Source: Tubiluchus corallicola
Taxonomy: Eukaryota; Animalia; Priapulida
Length of the DNA: 64,000 bases
Direction: 5' to 3'
Assembly: GCA_030141605.1 (NCBI GenBank)
Contig: JAQGDQ010000129.1
Coordinates: forward strand, 194,781-258,780
Shown: positions 39,930-51,023 of the stretch, one piece after another
How positions within the stretch are numbered: the stretch's first letter is position 1
Layout of the letters: each line of letters begins with the position of its first letter
Translations under genes and position numbers: made by a program
Notes under the pieces: model-generated
What the model was told of the DNA's origin: nothing
Databases searched by the model: none
Seen by the model: the letters and a program-made list of their open reading frames with translations, nothing else

Positions 39930-41712
39930 TATTAATCAATCTATCATTGAATTTAGTGTAGTAGCACATCCATACCAAATTTTGCCTTGACACAAAAGTC
40001 AGATATTGACCAGCAAAATCTGCCAACATCTACTCTTCCACAGGGATCTGAGATTTCCATTAGGGTAGGTGCACAGATATACATTTGGTAAGAGCAAATT
40101 TTGTTTTATTATAATCAGTAAGCATAAAGTGAAATTGTACTTTAAGCACAGGTTGTCATTGCTAATAATTTGTCTAGAGTCCTAGATTAATTTTAGAATT
40201 CATAAAATGTATCCATGTGCTAGTCAATGATGCTTATTAATTAGTTACAATGACATTATACCAAACAGATGATCTAGGTAAAAGCACTTATATTCCCAAA
40301 TTTCAGTGTTTTAGGTAGCAATTGCATCTATGTTCACCATCACTCATCAGTTACATATGTTTGTAAGTATTACTAACCTAATTAATATTACGAGCTAATA
40401 GTATCATCATACTATCATACTAACAGTATGTAAATATGTTAAAAGTGATATTACTTAAGAGTGGATGCACGAGTAGTATCATATTCAATAATTCTAGCCA
40501 TATTTACTACTGTTTTACTGAGTTTGTGAACTATACATTGATATAATATCACATTTGTTAATATGGTGCATAATAACATTAAGTGAATGCGCATCTGCAA
40601 TCATGTAATGTTGTTTGTAACTTTGTATCTACACTTGTAAAACCCAAAAGTCTTTTTTTAAATCCAGGCCATGTTCTTTTTATGTGTTTTTTATTATAAA
40701 TTCAAAAATATAATAAAATGGGATAATAATATAATAGTCATTAACCGATAATCTTGTTATTTGACTGACACATATAAGTTTTTACATACGAATTCAGGAA
40801 CTCTGGAACTGATTTGTAGTTGTCTTGGTGGAGACAATAAAAAAGAATTAATTACACTATTTTGTAGCCAAGTCCATTTTCCAAAGAGCTATGACACTCC
40901 CTCTGAGACGTTAACAAGTGTTTCACGAATTTTTTTATACGTGAAGTTTGATAGAAGTATTGTGAAAAAAAGAACCAGTGAAGGAACCTGCCGATTTTTC
41001 CTATTTTTCCAATTGCATCCTTTTTTCCTTTGCTATTTTTACCGCGCCGTTAAAATTAATACTTTTTACCTTACTTCAAAATGGGGTACGATATGAACAA
41101 TCATCCTGTTTTCATTTAAGAGCCAAAAAGATGCAACTTTGTACAGACCTGTTATGGGTTTCTACGTATTAGTAAAATAACAATCATTCTTTTCTTTGGT
41201 AAACTGCGACTCACTTTGTGCAACGACCTTCTTGGTGTGCACCTTGCAGAAAAGAGGTAAAGTTATTGAAACCGTAAATGCCTACTAATCTACTACAAAC
41301 AGAGCACCTTTTTGCCACCAGGTGGCCTAGAGCAGTAACTTAGTTAAGAATCAAACTTATTTCATGAGGACACCTACCGGGTTACCGCCAATTCCGCCAA
41401 AATTTCACCAAAATATAGCGCCAAATTCATAAAAATAATGCTGTAGTTGCGTAGCAGCACAATGTCCCAAGTCTGTGTGCTGTGCAGTAATAGCAGCAAG
41501 GTTAATCGCATCTACTGTATCACCTCACACTGTTTTGTAATACTAGTTCTGCTAGCTACACAGATAACTCTAGTTCAGATTATAATTTATAGTCATTGCT
41601 TTTAACGTTTAAGATTTAGGAACCTGTTCAAACATGAAGGTGTACGCAAGAAGAAAAATCATATGATATTTTCGAATATCATATGCAGATAAGAAGCTAT
41701 AATAGTATTTTT

Positions 41713-42215
41713 TCACGGAATCTTGGATACAGGGGTTTTAAACATAGGCTGTTTTGACCCACGCATTTTGGACACAGGTCATTTTTACACATGGGTCATT
41801 TCAACTCATTTCACTAATATGTACATCTGGTAATTTATAGACCTAGGTTGTTTGGACACATAGGCTATTTAGACACTAGAACCTACTGGTTATTGACACA
41901 ATGTCATGTCATTTGGTCATACATTTGGACACAAGGTAATTTTGACACGGGTCATTTGGGTTAAAGTCTGCACATGTCTTAATGTCTTACGGTTACAATA
42001 TTCAGTTCTTGAATCAAAATGACATGTGTTCCCAAAACACCTAGTATCCAAATATCCTATGCGACCAAAATAACTATGTGCCCAACTAGCCTGTGTTCCC
42101 ACATAACCTGTGCCCAACTCACCTTGTGTCCAAATGACCTGTGTATAAATGTCTTGTAACGAAACATCTTGGGTCCAGATGTCTGTATTGAAATGTCTGC
42201 ACAGCTTTTTCGTGA
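41713..42215. mobile_element. Degenerate modular foldback element (about 15-bp units, inverted halves)
   Basis: Repeated tttggacacaggtcattt-like units in the left half and aaatgacctgtgt / tgtgtccaaat units in the right half. Confidence 0.6.
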
Positions 42216-42875
42216 CTGTTCATGAATGTAATTTAATTTAAAGCTATTCTAGGCGCTCTAAGTTGCACTTGAATGTGACCCATAACCCTTCAAGAAAGTC
42301 TTTATGTAAGGATATTTTACAATCCATAAAATTTAGCAGTATTGCTTTGCAGTTGCAATAAGTTGTGGATATAAATTGATAAAATAAAAAATACTTAAAA
42401 AAGTACTACATTAGGACTTCGATGACTGTCCAGTTATAAGAGGTCGAAGAAGTCCGGATAATACAGAAAGTTTGGATAATAAGACTTACCTGGTTTGCTT
42501 AAGCAAGGGCTTGGCATACCGTAAATTAACTTCGAATTTCAACTTGGTTGAAAGTTGCTACATTTGTGGCCTCACTAGCCAAAAGTTCTTCATTAAGTTT
42601 TTTCTGTATTACATATATTACCCCAGCTAAGTGCAGTCGCACACCCCTATTCTTCGCAAGGTTTAGCAAGGTAGATAGTAAGGCCACTATAATGGAAAAA
42701 ATAGCCCTACCCTCAAAAAATTGCAAGAAAACTTTATTGGTGTTTTCTAGTAGTATTTGGTCCAGAGAATAACATAATTATCCAACTTGGGCGGAAATTA
42801 TGATGTCAAAAAGATGGCCACCATTTGACCAAATGAATGGGTATTTACTATTTAATTTACCACAATGGTGAAAAA

Positions 42876-44184
42876 AATGCTCATTTTGATTCAAAAACAT
42901 GAAACTCTGCACAGTGCAAGAGCTCATTGGGGTGATTAATTTTCATTCAAGCTTGAAAACGTTTCAATGAACTGACAAGAAAGTCACACCTGTACTCTAA
43001 GCATCAAAAGAGTGTCATCAACTTATTACATTTTTTGCCAGCAAACAAAATGGTGCTGTGACACATTTAGATGTAAATGTGTCCAAGCAAGTATTGTTTG
43101 CATTGCATCATAGATATACGTTTATAGATTTTAATAAATATATAATTATTATTATTACAAACAATAATAGATTTCATTTAATGATAACATTACTTCTAAA
43201 TGCACCTTCTAAAACCACTATTTCTAAAATCACATTCACCAACAGTGATATATATATTCAATCATACGTACATGGCTTAAACATTACTTACTTGGACACG
43301 TTTACATCTGCCATATTTCTCTTACTGGTAACAACATTTAATAAGTTGTTGACACTCTTTTGATGCTACAGAATACAAAATCCATTGTGATTTCCTTATC
43401 TTTTCAGAAAAACGTTTCCAGCTTGAGTCAAACAGTGACAGTAAAGTTTAGGGCAGAGATCAGTGATTGGTCCCAACAGTTCTTCTGCTTGATGTGCAAC
43501 CTGTTTGGTGTGCTCAGCATCACATCCAATGACACTCTTATTCCTGTGTAAAGGTCTTTGTGTGCTTTGTCAACTGTCATATTGATGCATGTGTTGGCTT
43601 TGTCATACTAGAGTGCAACAAAACATTCAAGCACAAACATGAGGTATGCCAGTGCTTAACTCTAGGAATAATACTTAGAGACACAAAATTCTTCTGTTAC
43701 CGCTTCAACATTTACCATGTGTCCAGACTACCTTTTCTCCTCTCCTGGCAAAATCTGAAATCTGGTCACAACCAGTAAAGGCTGACAGAACTGACTCTTT
43801 TCAGGGCCTAGTCTCATGAAAAGTTGTATACCTAAGATTTTGGATATTAGCCTGTTCCAGACATTAAGCAGAGTGTAGGAATGTACCTAATGCATTATAT
43901 AATACTGTACATGCAATATTCATTCAACAAACCATGCCAGCATTCAAATGTGACCACACTACTTTGTGACAATACGTGCATGTTAGTTGACAAAACAGGT
44001 AGACTTTGTTCACAGTTCCTAAAAAATATGGCCCTTATGAGCTGGCAACAGCCATCTTGTCAGCCAACGTGAATGCTGTGGCCACATTAAAATAATTTTC
44101 GAACGGCTCCGCATCCAAAAGTAATCAACTGGATGGGTTTTAGCATTGTGCAAAGTTTCATGCTTTTAAGGCAAAATGAGCAAT
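42876..44184 (-). mobile_element. Internally deleted Academ-like (XPG-type) DNA transposon relic
   Basis: Imperfect inverted arms of about 68 bp (42876-42943 and 44117-44184; core tgctcattttg..aaaa.catgaaact.tgcaca.tgc). A broken minus-strand frame reads FTGCDQISDFARRG (FTGCD at 43765-43779), then LECFVAL*YDK...VDKAHKDLYT and EHTKQVAHQA...CWDQSL. Confidence 0.6.
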
Positions 44185-44330
44185 TCTGTCATTTTGAGGT
44201 ACATTTGCAGCCATCTTGAATTGGGGTGATATTACAGGGACATCTAAGCATCAGATATGGATTCCTTGAACATTAAATCCTACATTTAGACACCAAAATC
44301 ATTGTCCTGTGTGCTCTGATAGCTAAGATA

Positions 44331-44731
44331 TAGAGTAAATTTTTACACGTTACGTTGCCTATTAACAAACTATATACGGTTAGATAGAGAATTTCACGGG
44401 CTTTCTAACCGTGTATTACACGACTAAATTTGCTTAAGTACAGCGTTCGTAATGGCGGTTGAAAGTACGAATCCGTGTTTGTGGACTCCGGAGGAAGTAT
44501 CGTTGCAAGTCCGAATATGGCGATCTTACAACTAGGGTTAGAGTAACTTTTTACACGTTACATTGCCTGTTAGCAAACTATATATGGGTAGATAGAGAAT
44601 TTCACGGGCTTTCTAGCCATGTATCACACGACAAATTTGCTTAAGTTCGTAATGGCGGTTGAAAGTACGAATCCATGTTTGTGGACTCCGGAGGAAGTAT
44701 CGTTGCAAGTCCGAATATTGCGATCTTACAA
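44331..44731. repeat. Tandem duplication, 2 x about 208 bp
   Basis: tagagtaa.tttttacacgttac...gcgatcttacaa begins at 44331 and again at 44539. Confidence 0.9.
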
Positions 44732-44843
44732 GATATAGCTAACATTCAAACGTGCATATTACTGAGACAAAACCTGGTGTCAGTTACGCGATTCGCTTAC
44801 TTTTGTGAAATGCAAACATTTCTAAGGTAAAATGAGCACCTAC

Positions 44844-44974
44844 CTTCCCTTCCTTCACCTTGTGCAATCACACGGGGATCAACAAACTCTGGCCTTCTAC
44901 CAAGTAACCAGCTGGTAAATTTCTGTAGCTTAGAAGTCGACTCCGGCACAAACATGGATATGCATCTTGTGTAG
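44844..44974 (-). CDS. B9D1: B9D1 coding exon 5
   Basis: tag acceptor and G|gtaggt donor. Encodes [43 protein letters not shown], near-identical to B9D1. Confidence 0.95.
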
Positions 44975-46340
44975 CTACATAAACAATAATAAACGTGAGA
45001 CATTCATAAAACAGAAAAACAGAGACATATAATTGGATTTTAAACTGGAGGCTGACACACCAGTCCTGGTGTGGCTTGAAAAAAGTGCTAAAAATTTCTA
45101 TAAGAAATGGGCTAAATTAAATTTGGCGACAATTCAAAAACTCAAACTGTAACTGAAATTCTCAGATTTTGAACGTAACAAACCTACAAATTTATACAGC
45201 TGATTACTATTGTATCGCATTTTATTTTATTTTGCGAGATGAGTAAACAATTGTGTTGTGTGCTTAAATAAACACCTTTTTCCGGGACTTTGTATAGAAT
45301 CTACAGATCAAACACAGAGGGAGAAACAATGCCTGCTCATAAAAATTCTAAATACAGAGTTTTAGCTTGGGTCTTAAAAAAACGCTAGTTACTTACTCCT
45401 TTTATCTATCCGTCACACTTTTTGCAACTTTTTAGAGTTGAAATAATTTCAGAAGTATTACCGAGCTGCTCGTTAACATTTGGCATGATCATTAGACAAT
45501 GCATCCTTGGTTCAAAGCAAATAATTTGTGACAACTCACTAATTCATTAAATTATTAGAGCTGTTTAATCAATTACTTTTAATTTAATTTTTATTAAGAA
45601 CTTAGTACAGAAAATTATCAAATTCATGATAAATGCTTCGAGTATGCAGCCTAGCAGCCATCTTCAGTGTGACAGAGTCAACAAATAGCCTATAACATTT
45701 GTTGCTGTTTGTAAACTCTATCACACTGCTAGGCTGTGCAGTTGAAACATTTGTCATGATTTTAATATTTTTATGTTTTCAAGTTCTTAATAAAAGTTGT
45801 TTCTTTCACAATAGAAATAATTCTTTGCAGTTCTCATAGCTAATGATTCTAGAAAGGACTGCCAGGATGGAAGGAAACAGTTTCACTAGCACACAGACTG
45901 TGAAAACCACCAAAGTGTATTTGGAAATTTAGTGCTAAATGCATTTTCATTTGGCAAATTGACAATTTACTTCAACTGACAAAAGACTTTTTGAACAGCT
46001 CTCCATATGTAAGCTCAAAAGAACCTCACTTTCAATTCTTGTTAACACACTGTTTGATGCATATGAATCATTTAAATATCAATATTAATAAATAGAATTT
46101 GCTAACTAAAACTGACAGTGATGTTCACTGTTCATACCAAAGCAGATAAAACTAATACAAGTAATAAGTAAATGACCTACGAATCAATGTAGCTTAATTA
46201 CTAGACAGTTCTTCGTACTTTTATTCGAATTACTTGTAACAAGTCCACACTGTGCTGTTAGTTGATGTATACCTTAACATTTCTTGTCTCACTGCAAATT
46301 AACATTTAATGATTTTCATCTTAATATAGGCATATGTATC

Positions 46341-46646
46341 TAGGGATGCATTGAATGCTCATTTTCAACAAATGAACCAAAGCTGATTTTTTTATACTAG
46401 AGTGCCACCGAATCAAATGATTAACCAAATGATCGGCCTTGCTGCTGAACCGAATTCTGAATAAAATATCAAGTTAAATTATAATACTGAACAGAAGCCC
46501 AACAGAATTTTTTTTGCTAAAACTGAACCGAATTTTCTTGTAATTCCAACTAAAAAGAATTATAAACTCCATAGTGTTTTATTGTTTTAAGTTTGAGGTG
46601 ATTACTGAGCAGGGTAAAATTATTCTGATTACTCAGTGCATTCCTA
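46341..46646. mobile_element. hAT-type MITE
   Basis: TIRs TAGGGATGCATTGAAT / ACTCAGTGCATTCCTA; 8-bp TSD tatgtatc (46333-46340) / tatgtatg (46647-46654). Confidence 0.7.
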
Positions 46647-46947
46647 TATGTATGTTATTTTAAATTATTGTAATGAGCTATTTTTGTCGAAATAATTAAA
46701 TAAGACAAATTTAGAAAGGTAAAGAGGACAGTTAAAGGTACCATACAGCGTTATTATGCAATTTTTGTCATTTATATGCTAGTCTTTGGAGGTGCAGTGT
46801 AGAAAAATCCTTGCACAGTTTTTAAGAGTAAATTTTGCTTAAAGTGACATAATAAACTCAAACAAACTCACCTGTCATAATCTACTTAATGCAACTTAAA
46901 TAAAAACTGAGCCTAGTCAATTATCTACTAAACATAAAAATAATTAC

Positions 46948-47044
46948 CGCCCAGGAGAAATCGGTACATGACAAACTCCATATCCTCTGACAACATCATG
47001 TCCAAATGTGTCCACTCCATAGGCACTAACAACTATCTGAGGCC
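46948..47044 (-). CDS. B9D1: B9D1 coding exon 4
   Basis: tttag acceptor, gtaatt donor, 97 nt; (W)[31 protein letters not shown](R). Confidence 0.95.
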
Positions 47045-47277
47045 CTAAATATAAAATGTAACTGAGTATTGATGTAATATTATATATGATAAACACTTTC
47101 GAATCCGATAGTCCATATAGATTTGACTAACAAAGGCACTTCATTGTCAATTTTGGTTGCTTTTTACGGCTTCAATTTAGCCTATTATTTAACAATCTTA
47201 CTGAGAAAGTTTAGGCTTAGTGATGAAACGGGAAAAAATTGTCCCCTGACATAATCGAAAAAATATCAAGAACTTAC

Positions 47278-47389
47278 ATCCATGAGGATTCGTGCTTTTC
47301 CATGTAACATCCAGAGGAAAATTCCAAACAAACATTTGTCGTTCATCAGGACTCTTCTTTGTGGTCTGTGTAATGCCTTCTTCGAGACC
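47278..47389 (-). CDS. B9D1: B9D1 coding exon 3
   Basis: ttttgcag acceptor, gtaagt donor, 112 nt; [37 protein letters not shown]. Confidence 0.95.
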
Positions 47390-47803
47390 CTGCAAAAGTA
47401 TACAAAACAAGTTTTATAACCTTAAAAGTTTGAGGGGTACTCTTATTTTTGCATGTTAGACAACCTTCACTCTTACCAAATGCAGTGCCAGAAACACAAC
47501 CAAAGCTCTTAATGGTTCATTCAAACTTTTAATATATAATAAAAGCATAAAAGCATAAAAGAAAGAGATATTTATTGGTTAATGGATACTATGTTTTAAA
47601 ACTTGGCAAGCAGCTATTAGTTTGTTTAGTTTAAGCAATATTTTTATTTGACAAGAAACATTACAATCATAAGTACATTTATAATAACCACAATGAGCAG
47701 TTAATTAAAATGCTGATTGACTAACCTATAGTCTTTTAGGTATAACCTACATAAAAGCTTTTCAGAGTGTAGATACGTCATTTATAAGTTCCATAGGCAC
47801 ATG

Positions 47804-48856
47804 CAGTGGCGTCGTGCCATAGGGGCCCGGGCCCCCCAATTTTTTTAGAAAATGTCAAAAATTTGAAGGGTGTCAGCGGCTCGTAATGAGACCGGTAAGC
47901 AAATTTATTTCTGACTTTTTGACACGCAATAGCGGGCCAGCGCTCCATAAATGCGAACAGTATGAGCATGAGTATGTGTTTACCTGAAAGTAAGGATGTA
48001 GTTAATTTGTTTACATGTAATCTATTCAGGAGGCAGGCAGGAACAAAGCAGTTCGTTGGGTAGCATTAGCGTCTTTGCACAAAAGACTGTTAGTTAACAA
48101 AACTTCTCAGTTAGCACTCGAGCTTCGTTCAGCAGTGTGTTATAATAGAGAATAAGTGAAATAATAGAGCAAAAACAATGCAAACATTGAAGTCATGTTG
48201 AGCTAGCCTAGTACCAGAGAGTCAGTTTGTCGAGCTAGCCTAGTACCAGAGAGTCGGTTTGGGAAATACAAATTGATGAGCCACAGCTCAGCCACCTCCT
48301 GATTGGACATTACCGACTCTTTGCTACTCCTTAGCGACTCTTTCCCACGAGTTTGCTGCATAAAAGGGAGCACATTTCATCATTTTTCTCCTGCTAGGAA
48401 AATCTTTGCTAGTTTTCACTGCGATTTTAGCTATATTTCTTATCCAATCTGACTTCATTTTTCAAGTCCAACCGTGTTCCCGCAATTTGTCAAGAATGCT
48501 CTCCGCAGTACAATGAGTCAGGCACGACTGAGTGACCCGATGATCCTTGCAGGTGAGGCTGAGAAAACAAAGAATATGGACTTGAAGTCTGTGGTTGAGC
48601 TCTTCTGGAGTGATGTTCTGCGTCGGATTCCTGACAGCTAATAAATACTTAATTAAATTTTAATTTAATTTTAATTAAGTTTCCGTTGCTATAGCTTTAA
48701 GTTAAATGCCAGTTGGGAATAAAAAAATCGTTTTTGTTGCACGCAAAATACTGTTTATTTTTTTTTCAAAATTATACGTTTTTTAAACAGTTAAGTTCCG
48801 CCATTATATACAGTCGGGCCCCCCCCCCCCAATTTTTTTGGTGCACGACGCCCCTG
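47804..48856 (+). mobile_element. Non-autonomous hAT transposon in B9D1 intron 2
   Basis: TIRs CAGTGGCGTCGTGC / GCACGACGCCCCTG; perfect 8-bp TSD GGCACATG (47796-47803 and 48857-48864). The internal remnant KNALRSTMSQARLSDPMILAGEAEK...VVELFW resembles the hAT dimerisation domain. Confidence 0.9.
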
Positions 48857-49351
48857 GGCACATGATTGCAAGAACTGTTAGTTATTCATTAGGTAAGTTT
48901 GAGGTTGAAATTGAGAAAGTTATGTAACTTGTTTTTTGACTACAGGTGTGCAAAAGTGGGGAAAAGTTGGTTATGATGTGTTTGATGTTGATGTATAGCT
49001 ACAAAAATAGAATGATTAAGCTAATGAAAGAAAGTGTTGCAGTCACAGGAATGCAAGAATATAAGTAATTTGCTCTGTAGGGTAGAATTTAGAGAGTTTA
49101 ATGTACTAAAGATTTAATTCTATTGGTTAAAGCGACCACTTTGTATAATAAACAAAATGACAACAGATACAATGTGTTAGGATCAGAAGAAAGTGAGATA
49201 TCACTTAATCTGTCTAATACATGGCAAATACTATAGACTATTTGATTATTCAAATAATGAGATATGTCTTCACTTGAATGCATGAGTAAATTAATCTGGT
49301 CATTAAAAATAATGCTTAACGAAAAACTTGTAACAATAGTGCTATACTTAC

Positions 49352-49420
49352 AGATGTAATGACCCAGTCTTGACCATACACAAAACAATACTTCAGGTAA
49401 ATTTCATCAAATTCAGGAAA
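49352..49420 (-). CDS. B9D1: B9D1 coding exon 2
   Basis: tttttttcag acceptor, gtaagt donor, 69 nt; [23 protein letters not shown]. Confidence 0.93.
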
Positions 49421-51023
49421 CTGAAAAAAATAATTTTTCTCTGTTTAACAGAACTATTGAACAATTTAAGTAAGCATACATACAATGCATATAATAAAAA
49501 AGTACACTGTAGTCTGAATATGAATAGTAGTATAATGGCTTCATAGTTACAGATGCATAATTAAAATTTGTGACAATAAACATATTTAATCAACTTGTTA
49601 CCATTTACTTTACCAACATGTAAATAATTAGCTTGGCATGTATGTAATGTATGTAATGGCTTGGAATATATCATATGAGGATAAGATACCACTCAAGAAG
49701 AATTTTGGATATGTAAATTACTAGTCAGGTAAATTTAAAAAGACCCCATTTATATGTGCAGTAATATCATGCCAACATGCATGGATGAGTGAATTTATAT
49801 TGAAAATCTCACCATGCAACAAAGTTGTTTGCTTCATCAATTGTTTATTTCATCAACCAGCACCATGTTAACATTGAAGAAATACAGCTTCTATTTTGAA
49901 CGGTTTATTATTTAACATGTTTAATATTATTCACAATTTTACGTTATACTTTTATCCATAATTTCGTATACATTTATATCGAAATATTGAACAATAAATG
50001 ATAAGCACCAAAACACCAAATAGAATTTTGGTGAAACTCAGGTCCAAAATTTGTTGTTGAAGTGCAATTCTTGCCATTAAATGAAAATATTATATTGTCC
50101 ACTACAATAATAGAAAGGTACGCTGCTGCTATTACTTTTCCAATTTTCTATGTATTCATTCTTCTTGTATGCACATGCCAATATTAAATTAGGCTTCCTG
50201 TACATCCAGTTTTTTATCCAGCAGTAGCAGGTACTTTTCACATCCATTGGAAAAGGTGTTAATTTAGAATATTGCAAATAAGTGCAAATGGAGTGTCTTG
50301 ACTGAAGCAAACTCAATGGACAAAAACGAATAACTTGAGTGCAGAGTTATTAAAAGGGATTTTACTCGTCCAATAAAATTTTATATATTACAAGACTTTA
50401 TCAGGTACTGTTAAGAAAAGAAGGATCCACAAGTGGGTGTGGAGCATGTAGCAATTTCTGATAAAACTTAACTTACTACCAGTGATCGTAATTTTTCAAC
50501 TTTCCTTCACCAAAATGTGACAACATACGAATTAGTTATTTAGTCTTAGATGGCAATTTACCAAAATGTCTGAAATTGATTGCAGTTTAAGGTCTCAAAA
50601 ATAGCTTAAAATGCACGAAGTGCATTGTTTGTTGGGGTACCACCCCAAACCCTCTTGAAAGTACTTAAACAATTTCCGTCTCCTGCTTAACCGCTTAATT
50701 ACTGTTCACTTTTCCACGAACACAGGTATGACCCAATTAAATTAATTAAAAATTAACAAATTAATTGAAGTTCATTGTCATTTCTAGCCATATTGCAGTA
50801 AAAAACACACACTATTAAATGCATACCTCATAATTATTCAATAATAATCTATGTAAATTAAAAACAAGAATATCTAAAACTTTGGAGTATTCATATTCAT
50901 TTTCTACCTCATACTTCTTGACTCATTTATATTTCAATATATTTGTGTTACGTTTTACATGTTATCTTGCAATAATTACCATTTTATTGAGGTATATAAT
51001 TATCATTAAGAAGTAATATCCAT

